Positions 25,761 to 38,958 of a DNA stretch of 63,972 nucleotides are shown here, one piece after another. Position 1 is the first letter of the stretch. Every line of letters starts with the position of its first letter. A program made the position numbers and the translations under genes. The DNA lies in assembly GCA_051294375.1 (NCBI GenBank), contig CM119268.1, forward strand, positions 368,443 to 432,414, read 5' to 3'. Source of the DNA: Paraspadella gotoi. Taxonomy: Eukaryota > Animalia > Chaetognatha. The notes below the pieces were generated by a model. It worked only from the letters and a program-made list of their open reading frames with translations. It was not told the origin of the DNA and ran no database searches.

Positions 25761-27067
25761 AAAATATCAATTGTATGAAAAGACCACTCCCTTAATTATT
25801 AAATCGGGAAATATTCCGCCCAGCATCAATATAAAAAGAGCTGAATTTTATAAAATTGGTAATTATAAACATTGAACAACTCCATGTCTCAAAACGTTTG
25901 ACCCAAAAACGATCGACTCTTTGTTCTTTAAAATTAAATTAAAAAAAAATTCGCAGCCGCTTAAGCAGCTGGAACGCAGCTCCGCGGCGCAGGCTCAGCC
26001 AATGCGGCGAATGGCGTCAGCGTTTTCAATTAAGCAGCGCAAACGTCCATAAAAAATGATCAAAATAATGACCACCAGGGGGACTAAAAAAAAAAAGAAC
26101 AACCCCGAGTGTTCATTCTTTTTTTGAAAACGAGGCGTGGAAATGAAAAAGAATTAATTGATAATTTTAATAATAGCCTTTAACAAATGAATTATGTTTA
26201 ATATCTGAATCACACTAATTAAAAAATGTTTCCTTAGAATAACAATAGAAATTAAACATTTAAAACCAAAAAAATGTAAAAATGTGCAAACAAGAAAAGT
26301 TTTTTTACTAAATTTTCAAAATCAACGACGCAACACGAATGAACTTTTTCCCCTCAAACTTTTTATTTTAAAAAATGGAATTTAATTATGAGTCAAAGAC
26401 TCATTAAAAAAACGCGGGCGCGTACGACGACGACGACGACGACGACGACTCCTTTATTTACAACCGTGAAATTGGGGATATGGAAAAAAAAAGTGGCCTT
26501 GTCTGGAAAAGTAAACCGATGGCGATAAAGAGAATTTAAAATTAAAATATAAAATTTTAAAAATATAATTTTTTTTTATTATGTTAATATTACAGAAAAA
26601 TCAAATATTGAACATGTCTTTGCTTTGTCAGAGAATACAGTTGCCTTTCGACTCAAGTTAAAGTATCCTCTTTAATTCTTAAATATAATAGCAGCGGTGA
26701 TATTTAAACCCACGCTAAAAATTCTAAAATTAACTTTTGTTTCAATTTTTAATTAGGTTTAAAATTAGGTTTATTTAAAATTCTTAAATGTTTATGAAAT
26801 ATTAGTTTAAAATTATATTTTTTTTTAAGTTTTTTTTTAATAATTTAAAAAATTAAGATAAAATCCACCGCTGCCACCACATTTAAGGAAAGACTCATTG
26901 ATTTCTGGGACAAAATTTTAGGGTTAGAAAAGTCGAGATTTATTCAGAGAATAAGGATGACGGTGAGACACGCGCAAGAGTCTTGATCAATGCTACTGAA
27001 ACTAAGGAAAGCTAAGTCTATTTATATCTAGATAGGAGGATCGTAGTCAAGAGTTGTTTGGACAGTT

Positions 27068-27302
27068 CCATTGGTTCTGCAAGCTGATTGGTCGATTCCA
27101 ATTTTACCTTGACCAATCATGATTCCACAATTCCAATTCTGCGGAGATCGCTTGATTTTTTTATCCGATTCTGCTTTTAATTAAGTTGATTCTCCTGCAA
27201 TGATATAAAAAGAACATTTTATTTTTTTCCACCATTAAAGTGAATCGCCATCGCGACTGAGTGACCTTTCTCGCTTCGTCGACCCGTGGGCGGGAAATTG
27301 AA
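27068..27302 (+). promoter_or_regulatory. CCAAT-box cluster plus E2F-type site with adjacent TTGAA
   Basis: ATTGG/CCAAT at 27070, 27087, 27098, 27113 and 27133; GGCGGGAAA-TTGAA at 27289-27302. No downstream gene identified. Confidence 0.3.
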
Positions 27303-27433
27303 ATGGAGACGACGATGATGACGACGACGACGACGATTACCACGACGACGACGACGACGACAACGACAAGAAGGATGAACGCGATGACACATTGCTGACG
27401 TCAGTGACGAAAGGCAAAAACGACGAGGGTAGA

Positions 27434-27492
<59 letters not shown>

Positions 27493-27587
27493 AAAAGTTA
27501 AATATAATAAAGACAATGATGACGACGGCATAACTGATCTAATTAGGGGAGATAATAAATATGAAGACTATCACGAAGACGACGACA

Positions 27588-27628
<41 letters not shown>

Positions 27629-27748
27629 CATGATCGAAAGCTTTGAGATTCAATGAAGGAGACGAGAAAATATGAAAGTCAGCGAATCAGTTTTTAGAAT
27701 CGCGTCCCTTTATTGCATCGACCCTTTTCCCCATTTTGTTCTGACCTT

Positions 27749-27838
<90 letters not shown>

Positions 27839-28359
27839 TATTAAACCATAAAAACAGCATTAAGGAACAAAACCAAAAACCAAAATTATTTTAATATTGT
27901 AATTATTTTATTTTATTATCGTTTTTGTTATTAATAATAAAAATCATTTGATAAAATTATCGATAAATAAGCTCCTTACCTTACACAGGATATGGTGGAC
28001 AAAGGTGGGCAAAGATGGGCAAAGGCTTCCACAGAAGAACCCTGCAAGACTCACCAACAATAGTTTCTCACAAATGCAACAAAATTTTACAATTCGCCAA
28101 ATTACTCAGTTTAATAAAAAACTCACGTCACAATAGAATGACATTTTTAAAGGTTAATTCCGTCATTCTTTTTAAAACATTGACAGTTTAGTATTGTGGT
28201 CGTTATTTTCGTCGTGTTTATCCATAAACGAGTGAATATCACTTTATTTTATTTTCCGCATTTGAATCTTGAAGTATCTTGTTCACAAACATGTATTATC
28301 GCTTTTTATATTTCTCTCTTCTTTTCTTTTCTCCTCAATCCTGTCCTTTCCTGTCCTTT

Positions 28360-28402
<43 letters not shown>

Positions 28403-29133
28403 TTTCTCGCCAGATGTCTCTCGATGCTCAAACTAAGTTAACCTTTGATCTTTTGTTTTCACCTTTTTTCTTCCTTCACTTTTTTCCTATATCTTTGCCA
28501 TTGGTGCCAGTCATTTGCTATATTTAAATAAAAACATTATTTATATATTGTTTTTTCTTATTAATCCTTATCAAAAGTTTAGCTAAAGTAGTAAAATAAA
28601 ACACCTCAAAAAAGTAAATGGAAATATATGAGAAATTATCCCAACTTTGCAATATGCTAATGAGATTAAAAAACTCCAGCTCATTTAAAACAAAACTCAA
28701 GTTCGAATTCATCGTCTTTCATTGCCATCCATTTCCATCTCTTCCGATGCCAGTGCTTTCCTTTTTGACCCTCGAACGAGACAACCGGTTTCTGTCGTTT
28801 CTCGATCTTTGAACTCACCTTTTTGCCCTTGCGAGAGAGAAGCAGAGAGACTCATATCAGACGAGAAGAGAAGATGAGAGAGAGAGCAGACGAGCAGACG
28901 AGCACGCGAGTGGAGAGAGAAGAGCCAAAGAGAGAGCAGAGAAGCGAGAAAGACCTGCACGAGTGAAATGTGACGCAGCAATGAGAGCAGACAGAGAGTA
29001 GAGAAGAGAGAGAAGAGCAATGCAGATAGAGAGCAGAAAATCGTCGAGTGAAAGAAGTGCAGATTAAGCCTGTCTTCCCTCCACCAGTTTTCTCAGCTCA
29101 ACTAATCACAATCCGTGAATGACTCTTTCTCTG

Positions 29134-31464
29134 TCCAATAAAATTTCTTTTCAGAGTGAAAGCTTGATGAGGTGAAGGGGCGGGAATTGCTTGCCTGCTT
29201 GGTTGATAGGAACCCGCAATGACTGTGCAAATTGAGTTGTACGAGAGTAAAATGGACTAGAAAGAGTCTTTGTTTTGCTAAACTTTTTAAACCGAGGGAA
29301 CATTTTAGAGCACTCTTTACCCAGAATTACTCATTTCTGTTTTTTCCTCTCTTTTCCCAGAGTTCTTCATTTCTGTTTGTTTATCCCAGAATTTGATTTT
29401 AACATTAATATTTAATTAAATTAATTTAAATATGTTTCTAATCTTATTAACCAATCCCTAACTTAATCCCTAATCCTAATTTTTAACTTAAATCTAATTG
29501 TAAACCTTAACCTTAAACCCTTAAATCTAATTACTAATCATAACCTGGAACCCTTAACATTAGTCCCTAACCCAATTCTCTAGCCCAAATCCCTAACCTA
29601 AATCTCTAACCCAAATATTTAACCCAAATCACTAAATGCTAATCCCTAACCCTAATAATAAATCAAATCCCCAATCCTAATCACTAATCTAATCCTTAAC
29701 CAAATCCTTAACCAAATCCTTAACCAAATTCTTAAACTTAACTCTATTAAAACCTAATTTTTAACTAAAAAAAACTCTAATTCCGAGTTTTAGACGAAAT
29801 AGGGCGTTCTGGGAAAACAAGGCCCATTTGAGTGGTTGTCATGGTCTGGTATATTAGTTTAAAAACATCTTAACCAGAATTCATATCCTTGTACTAAAAA
29901 TTGTATTAAAACTGAATAAATCAAANNNNNNNNNNNNNNNNNNNNNNNNNNNNNNNNNNNNNNNNNNNNNNNNNNNNNNNNNNNNNNNNNNNNNNNNNNN
30001 NNNNNNNNNNNNNNNNNNNNNNNNNNNNNNNNNNNNNNNNNNNNNNNNNNNNNNNNNNNNNNNNNNNNNNNNNNNNNNNNNNNNNNNNNNNNNNNNNNNN
30101 NNNNNNNNNNNNNNNNNNNNNNNNNNNNNNNNNNNNNNNNNNNNNNNNNNNNNNNNNNNNNNNNNNNNNNNNNNNNNNNNNNNNNNNNNNNNNNNNNNNN
30201 NNNNNNNNNNNNNNNNNNNNNNNNNNNNNNNNNNNNNNNNNNNNNNNNNNNNNNNNNNNNNNNNNNNNNNNNNNNNNNNNNNNNNNNNNNNNNNNNNNNN
30301 NNNNNNNNNNNNNNNNNNNNNNNNNNNNNNNNNNNNNNNNNNNNNNNNNNNNNNNNNNNNNNNATAAATGAAAGAGAAAAGAAGGGCAAAAAAAGGAGAG
30401 AGACAGAGAGGAAAAGTAATACATAAAATAGAAGAATAGAAAGAGAGACAAAAACGCTTTGGAAGAGNNNNNNNNNNNNNNNNNNNNNNNNNTTCCAATA
30501 AAATTTCTTTTCAGAGTGAAAGCTTGATGAGGTGAAGGGGCGGGAATTGCTTGCCTGCTTGGTTGATAGGAACCGCAATGACTGTGCAAAATTGAGTTGT
30601 ACGAGAGTAAAATGCGACTAAGAAAGAGTCTTTGTTTTGCTAAACTTTAAACCGAGGAACATTTTAGAAGCACTCTTTACCAAATTACTCATTTCTGGTT
30701 TTTTCCTCTCTTTCCCAAGTTCCTCATTTCTGTTGTTTATCCCCAGAAATTTGGATTTATACATTAATATTTTAATTAAATTAATAAATATGTTTCTAAT
30801 TATAGTAACCAATCCCAACTTAATCCCTAATCCTAATTTAACTTAAATCTAATTTGAAACCTTAAACTTAAAACCTTAAATCTATTACTAATCATTCAAC
30901 CTGGAACCTTTAACATTAGTCCCTAAACCCAATCTCTCGCCCAAATCCCTAACCCAAATCTCTACCCACAAATATTAACCCAAATCACTAAATCTTAATT
31001 CCCTAACCTAATAATTAAATAAATCCCCAATTCCTAATCCTAATCTATCCTTACCAAATCTTAACTCTTTTACCAAATCCTAACCAAATCCTTAACCAAA
31101 TTTACCATCTTAAACGTTAACTCTATTAAAACCTAATGTTTAACTAAAAAAACGCTAATTCCGAGTTTTTAGACGAAATAGGGCGTTCTGTGGAGAAACA
31201 AGGGCCCATTTGAGTGGTTGTCATGGTCTGGTATATTAGTTTAAAACATCTTAACCAGAATTCATATCCTTGTACTAAAAATGTATTAAAACTGAATAAA
31301 CAAAACAAAAATGTATTAATACCAAAATAGTGTGGGATATTGCAAATAAATGCACAAGTTATATTTTTGGGGATTTACATTAACTTGACATCTGAAGTCT
31401 TTGCGGTCTGACAAGAGTTGAACATTGGGTGAAACTATGAAGGACTTCTTGACATTTGAGAGAG

Positions 31465-31521
<57 letters not shown>

Positions 31522-31762
31522 CAAGAGAGAAGAAAGAGAGAGAACGAGAGAGAGAGAGGAGAGAGGAGAGAGAAGAGGAGGAGAGAGAAAGAGAGAGAGA
31601 GAGAAGGAGAGAGAGAGGAGAGAGAGAAAGAGACGGAGTAGAGCAAAAAAAAAATATAAATGAAAGAGAAAAGAGGGGAGAAAAAAAGGAGAGAGACAGA
31701 GAGGAAAAGTAATACATAAATAGAAGAATAGCGAAAGAGAGGACAAAAACGCTTTGGGAAGA
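29134..31762. other. Apparent tandem duplication (29134-30467 vs 30494-31762), likely gap-fill artefact
   Basis: Copies are separated by exactly 25 N (30468-30492) and differ mostly by 1 bp indels. Confidence 0.82.
29295..29824 (+). mobile_element. Short-TIR element with degenerate (CCCTAA)n core
   Basis: Several ...ttcccagaa...catttctg units at the left, a TAACCC-like core at 29450-29760, and right end aaatagggcgttctgggaaaacaaggcc shared with 55367-55394. Confidence 0.65.
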
Positions 31763-31851
31763 GAAGAAGAGAGAGAGAGAGAGAGAAGAGAGAGATGATG
31801 AGAGAACCGAGAGAAGGAGAAGACGAGAGAGGAGAAGAGAGGAGAGAAGGA

Positions 31852-31891
<40 letters not shown>

Positions 31892-32182
31892 TAAAGTAAG
31901 AATTGCAAACATTTTTACGAGGGAAATATAAACGTCTCTTGAAATTAACGACGAGAAAAAAAAAGAAAAAAAATTACATTTATTTCGAGACGATATCTTT
32001 TTAAAGAATAGAGACAAATCGCGTAACAATTCGAAGTCTATATGAGCAACAATCTTTCAGTATCTGTTTGATAGAGAGAAATAAAAAATATTGACTTTTT
32101 AACCAATTTAATTAAAAAAAGGTTTTATTGCTTAATTCCAACTCATTAATGAGAACTTCTTGGTGAAACGAATGAAAACCAG

Positions 32183-32241
<59 letters not shown>

Positions 32242-32265
32242 ACCAGTTACACTGGAAATCCGGAA

Positions 32266-32306
32266 GGATAGTGGTAGGATTCGAACCCACGCCTCCGAAG
32301 AGACTG
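32266..32306 (-). pseudogene. 3' half of a tRNA-Leu-like sequence (variable arm, T arm, acceptor strand)
   Basis: Minus strand cagtctcttcggaggcgtgggttcgaatcctaccactatcc closely follows the metazoan tRNA-Leu 3' half (CAGTCTCTTCGGAGGCGTGGGTTCGAATCCCACCGCTGCC). D arm and anticodon are absent. A noisy duplicate lies at ~36922-36960. Confidence 0.75.
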
Positions 32307-33137
32307 AAAGACAGATCCATGATTCTGAAGCTTTTAGATAAGTCGATTTTCCCCTTCGGTTTTTGAAAAATATTTTTAACGAGCGTCAGGAATTTAAAGT
32401 TATAAAGTGGCGCATTTTTTTGGCACATGAGTGTAATGATATTTTCTGTTATTCTACTTTCTTACAGTGAGACACTTTATTACTTTTTCTCGTCTTTTTA
32501 TCGACTTTTCTGATTTACATTTTCCTTTTTTTATCTTGTGATCTCGTGACGTAAATCGGTCCAACGGAAAAACACGACGAGGACGATAAAGACAACGACG
32601 ACAATAAAGACAACGACGACGATGACAACGACAACAACGACGACGACGAAGGCAATAACAACGAGGATGACGACAACGAAGACAATAACAACAACGAAGA
32701 TGACAACGACGACAATGACAACGACGACGACAACGACAACAACGACGACGACGAAGACAATAACAACAACGAAGACAATGACGACGATGAAAACGACGAC
32801 TATGACAACAACAACAGAGACGTCGACGAAAATAAATGTGTTCCCACTCCGGTAGCAAAAACTTTGCACGTAGTAGTAGTCATAAGCACCTAAATTATAA
32901 CTATAATACTCATTTTCTTATTTTTAGGGAAAAAAAGGAATTTCCCGAAACCTGAATCAACTGATTGCATCAAGAGCCGCATGAACTGTTCGCAACAACG
33001 ACTGCATTGCGTCCGGCATCTTTGTTCGCATGTCTTCGCCTTTTTTTCCTCGATTTTTTGCTCGCATCTCGTGAGTTCATCTTTGCGCGCAACTTCTCTC
33101 CGCGCTCGCTAGACGTCGCCTCGAAAAAAATTGGAAG

Positions 33138-33687
33138 ATGGCGTCTAATTCGTCTTTCCGTCGAACGACGACGCCATCGACGCGGCGTCATTCGTCGCCG
33201 CTTACTTGTACGACGGCGACGACGCCGATAACGCCGACGACGCCATCTCGCGACGCCCTCTTTCATCAAAGAACGCCATCTTCCCTCTTCCTCCTCCTCC
33301 TCTTCCTCCTCCTATTCTCTGGAGCCTATCTCTTCCTCTTCGGCGGACTAGACGCGGCGCCTCCAATACCGGAAGTGGGCGTGGCGGTGCCGCAAGTGGG
33401 CGTGGCGGCGCCTGAAATAAACTTGGAGGCGCCTGCGGCAGAGAAAGTGGCGCCATCGTCGAATTTCGCGGCGCCAATGAGAAAGAAAGGTTTGTGGTCT
33501 TCTCATCGGATCGGCGGCGGCGCGGATCGATGGACGGAAGCGAGGCTGAGGCCGAGAGTGGGCGTGGCAGCGATTGACGCGACGGACGAGACGAAAGATG
33601 TCGCCGACGACGATGACGACGACGACGACGAAGTCGAGCAGACGATTTTAGGCGAAACTTGGAAGCGAAGAACGAGAAAAGTTATGG
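33138..33687 (+). CDS. Probable first coding exon of a single-pass membrane or secreted precursor protein
   Basis: CpG-rich island 32960-33700; aagATGG start; 183 codons open; hydrophobic stretch LFLLLLFLLLFSGAYLFLFGGL; Pro/Ala-rich stem; acidic tract; basic cluster KRRTRK; consensus donor G|GTGAGT at 33688 (phase 1) followed by a drop in GC. Confidence 0.65.
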
Positions 33688-34210
33688 GTGAGTTAAAGTG
33701 TGGGATGTGTGAGATTGTATAGGATGGAAGTATGGAGTTAATGTGTGGGAAGTGTGGGAAGTTAAAATGTTGGAAATTTTAGAATGTTGGACTAAAGCTT
33801 AAAACTTAGTTCGTTATTTTATCAATAAAACTTTTTTTCAAGATTATAATTAAATATAAATAAATAAAGAATAACAATAATACTTAACAATTAACAATAC
33901 ATTCCGCTCATCAGGACTACTAATTAGCCTATATTATAGGCAATCGTGTTTGCATATAAATATTGTAAATTTTAAACATGAAGCTATATTTTTTATGTTT
34001 TTTTTAGTTTTCTTTAATTTTATTTTAATTTTCTTATATTTGTTATTTATTATTTATTATTTATTATTGTATATTGTTTCTGTTCTTTTCTTTTCTTTTC
34101 TTTTCTTTTCTTTTCTTTTCTTTTCTTTGCTTTGCTTTTCTTCTCTTCTAATGCATCTTCTGCTTCTTCAGTTTGATGCAGAATATCGGCCTCCTCGTTA
34201 CAAAAGGCGG

Positions 34211-34295
<85 letters not shown>

Positions 34296-34414
34296 TAGAT
34301 AGTCGACCGACTCGCCTCTCTTAACTCCATCTACTTTCGATAAACAAAAGATTCTCACCTTTTTTCGCTATCATCGTCTCCTTTCTTTTCTTTATATTTT
34401 GTATGTCTCCTTCT

Positions 34415-34800
34415 TTTCCATCTTTTTCTTTTTATTTTGTATGTCTTCTTCTTCCCCATCTTTTTCTTTCTATTTTGTATGTTTCCTGCTCCATCTTTTT
34501 CTTTCTATTATGTATGTCTCCTTCTTCTCGATCTTTTTCTTTCTATTTTTTATGTCTCCTTTTTCTCCTTCCTTTTTTTTTCTATTTTGTATGTCTCCTT
34601 CTTTCCATCTTTTTCTTTCTATTTTGTATGTCTTCTTCTTTTCCATCTTTTTCTTTTTATTTTGTATGTCTCCTGCTCCATCTTTTTCTTTCTATTTTGT
34701 ATGTCTCCTTCTTTTCCATCTTTTTCTTTCTATTTTGTATGTCTCCTTTTTCTCCATCTTTTTCTTTCTATTTTGTATGTCTCCTTCTTCTCCTTCCTTA
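34415..34800. repeat. ~35-38 bp minisatellite, ~10 copies
   Basis: Unit tattttgtatgtctccttcttttccatctttttctttc. Confidence 0.9.
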
Positions 34801-35712
34801 TTTTCCCTATTTTCTTTCTAATCTATGTCTTCTTTTTATTCCTTTTATCTCCTTCTTCTTCTTCCTTCCCCTTTAATTCTCCTACTCTCCTTCTCTCCTT
34901 CCCATTTTATTTCTCCTCTCCTGATCGCGAGGTCAAAGAAATCCGGTCAACTTGAGTTCACGTTTTTTCACTCACCTTCCCGATTTTTTCACAAAGAAAA
35001 CACTGACTCTGTTTTTGTATTTTATTTTCTATGTTGTTTTATTTGCTCTTTTTGTTTTTTTTTTGTTTTGTTTGTTTTTTTTTGTCTCATTTTCGTAGCA
35101 CATTTTAGCTCTGATGACCTTTAAATCCAAGTCAGAATTTGTAAGTCAACTTATTTCTATCTTCTTTCTAAATCTTCGTTCGAAACGTGAGAAGATTCCT
35201 TTTGGAATTTTCCGTACTTCGTCGTCGTCGTCGTCGTTGTCGTCGTCGTCGTCGTCGTTTTCGTCGTCGTCGTCGTCGAATTCTGGGCATCGGATTCTAT
35301 TCATTCGCATCTTTTGTGTTTCTTGTTTCTTCTGACGATGATAACGATGAAAACGAGGACACGACGAGGACGACGACGACGACGACGACGATAATAAACT
35401 GATTGAATTCAATCATTCTTGGCCAGTCAGTCAGTCTGTCGGTCATTCACCAATCTGCCCGACTTAAACGATTCCTTACTTAAGCCATGTCTTAGCCCCA
35501 TCCCTTCCCGACCCCTTCTCGACCCCTTCCCCACTAAACCTGCTTCACATGACTTACCCAGTCGCTTATCCCTCACCAATCAACACGCTTGTCCCCCTCG
35601 CTTTAAATCGGAAATTGGGTTTTAGAAGCTCGATTACATTAAGTTTAATGTAAACCCATTAAAACGCGTCTCTCTACTCTCTCTTCTCTCTCTACTCTCT
35701 ATTCTCTCTCTC

Positions 35713-35747
<35 letters not shown>

Positions 35748-35866
35748 GTGTTTTCGTTAGTTGCCAGCTGAACTTCAATTAACCAAACGATTCGAAGAAA
35801 ATGCGATCCCAATATTTTTTTTTATTTCGGAACGGGCGAGAAAAAAAAAAACAAAAAAGAGAGAGA

Positions 35867-35932
<66 letters not shown>

Positions 35933-36789
35933 AGAGAGAGAGAGAGAGAACGTGAAAGCGAGAGCGAGAGGAGGGGGCAACGATCCAAAAATACAAAAAC
36001 AAAAGAATGAATGACGTGAAAAAAACGCAATAGATAAGAAAGAGAGAGGAGAAAGAGAGAGAGGAGAAGAGGAGAGAGAGAGAGAGAGAAGGAGAGAGAG
36101 AGAGAGAGAGAATGCCCCCAGGGTACTGTAATTTTGTTAAATTAGGCTTCTTTTTACACGATTAACTAAGCGCAACAAATATTATTTCAATTTCAGAGAT
36201 CGAATAACGAGAGCGAGAGAGAGAGAAAGATATATATATCACATTATAACGCGCGAACATTCATGATTAAACTTTATTTTGTCGTTTTTGCTCGACTTTA
36301 TTCTACGTCGTTCCATGTCATTTCATGTCATTCCATGTCGTTCTCCGGCCAGATCTAATATCACGCTTCCATGCCATGTGCATTGTGCAAAGCACTTTCC
36401 ACATTGTGCATTTATATATGTCCTTAAAATAGTAGTAGTCACTGACGTCGCTTTTACTCTCTTCACAACATCAATTTTCCTTTAAGTTAAGTTCCCGTCT
36501 TTTCATGTTTCAATTAAACGCCTAAACAAGATAAGGAAATAAAAAAAAGAAAAGAAAAGAAAAGAAAAGAAAAGAAAAGAAAGAAAAGAAAAGAAAAGAA
36601 AAGAAAAGAAAAGAAAAGAAAAGAAAAGAAAAGAAAAGAAAAGAAAAAAAGAAAGAAAAAGAGTCTGTCGTTCCCGAAGGTTAAAGCTTCTTTCCCTATC
36701 ATTGACCCTCTCTCTCTCCCCCTCTATCTCTTTCTCTCTCTCTCTCTTTCTCTCTCTCTNNNNNNNNNNNNNNNNNNNNNNNNNAGAAT

Positions 36790-36862
36790 TCATTAATGAG
36801 AACTTCTTGGTGAAAACGAATGAAAACCCCAGTTATCTCTCTCTCCTCTCCTCTCTCCTCTC

Positions 36863-36895
<33 letters not shown>

Positions 36896-38916
36896 ACCCA
36901 GTTACACTGGAAAATCCGGAAGGGATAGTGGTAGATTCGAACCACGCCTCCGAGAGACTGAACAGACAGATCCATGATTCTGAAGCTTTTAGATAAGTCG
37001 ATTTTCCCTTCGGTTTGTTGGAAAATATTTTAACGAGCGTCAGGAATTTAAAGTTATAAAAGTGGCGCATTTTGCACGATGAGTGTTAATGATATTTTCT
37101 GTTATTCTACTTTCTTAAAGTAGACACTTATTACTTTTTCTCGTCTTTTTATTCGACCTTTTCATGATTACATTCCTTTTTATCTTGTTGATCTCGTGAC
37201 GTAAATGGTCCAACGGAAAACACGACGAGGACGATAAAGAACGCGACAGTTAAAGACACCGACGACGATGACAACGACAAAAACGACGACGACGAAGGCA
37301 ATAATAACAACGAGGATGACGACAACGAAGACAATAACAACAACGAAGATGACACGACGACAAATGACAACGACGACGACAACGACAACAAGACGACGGA
37401 CGAACGACAAATAACCAGACCAACGAAGACAATTGACGACGATTGAAAACGACGACTATGACAACAACAACAGAGACGTCGACGAAAATAAATTGTTCCC
37501 ACTCCCGGTAGCAAAAACTTTGCACGTAGTCAGTAGTCATAAGCACCTAAATTATAACTATAAATACTCATTTTCTTATTTTTAGGGAAAAAAAGGAATT
37601 TCCCGAACCTGAATAATATTGCATCAAGAGCCGCATGAACTGTTCGCAACAACGACTGCATTGCGTCCGGCATCTTTTGTTACGCATGTCTCGCCTTTTT
37701 TCCTTCGATTTTTTGCTCGCATCTCGTGAGTTCAGTCTTTCGCGCAACTTCTCTCCGCCGCTCGCTAGACGTCGCCTCGAAAAAAAATTGGAAGATGGCG
37801 TCTAATTCGTCTTTCCGTTCGAAAACGCGACGCCATCGACCGCGGCGTCATTCGTCGCCGCTTACTGGTACGACGCGACGACGCCATAACGCGACGAGCC
37901 ATCTCGCGGACGCCTCCTTTCATCAAAAGAACGCCATCGTCCCTCTTCCTCCTCCTCCTCTTCCTCCTCCTATTCTCTGGCAGCCGTATCTCTTCCTCTT
38001 TCGGCGGACTAGACGCGGCGCCTCCAATACCGGAATGTGCGTGTGCGGTGCCGCAAGTGGGGCGTGGCGGCGCCTGAAATTAAACTGAGGCGGCCTGCGG
38101 GCAGAGGAAAAGTGGCGCCAGCGTCGAATATTCGCGGCTGCCAATGAGAAAGAAAGTTTTGTGTTCTTCTCATCGGATCGGGCGGCGGCGCGGATCGATG
38201 GACGGAAGCGAGGCTGAGCCGAGAATGATTAACAGTGGGTCGTCGGCAGCGATTGACGCGACGGGACGAGACCGAAGATGTCGCCGACGACGAGTACAGC
38301 GACGAACGACGAAGTCGAGCAGACGATTTTAGGCGAAAACTTGAAGCGAAGAACGAGAAAAGTTATGTGATAAGTGTGGGATGTGTGAGATTGTATGGGA
38401 TGGAAGTATGAGTTAATGTGTGGGGAAGTGTGGGAATTAAAAATGTTGGAAAATTTTAGAATGGACTAAAGCTTAAAACTTAGTCGTTATTTAATCAATA
38501 AAACTTTTTTCAAGATTATATTAAATATAAATAAAAAAGAATAACAATATACTTAAACAGATTAACAATACATTACCGCCTCATCAGGACTACTAATTAG
38601 CCTATATTATAGCAATCGTGGTTTGCATATAAATATTGTAAATTTTAAACATGAAGCTATTATTTTATGTTTTTTTTATTTTCTTTAATTTTTTAATTTT
38701 CTATATTGTTTATTTATTATTTATTATTTATTATTGTATATTGTTTCTGTTCTTTTCTTTTCTTTTCTTTTCTTTCTTTTCTTTCTTTTCTTTCTTTCTT
38801 TCTTTTCTTTCTTTTCTTTCTTTCTTTTCTTTGCTTTGATTTTCTTCTCTTCTAATGCATCTTCGCTTCTTCAGTTGTGCAGGATATCCGGCCTCCCTCG
38901 TTTACAAAAGGCGGAG

Positions 38917-38958
<42 letters not shown>

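Noticed and set aside
33900-33925. CTGATGAG on the minus strand (also 298-305 plus; CTGAAGAGGC minus at ~43880) as further hammerheads
   Set aside because: No stem II closing onto a GAAA box at a suitable distance.
37796-38368. Frameshifted paralog/pseudogene of the 33138 exon
   Set aside because: It lies in the noisy copy beyond a 25-N gap, and the indel pattern looks like raw long-read error.
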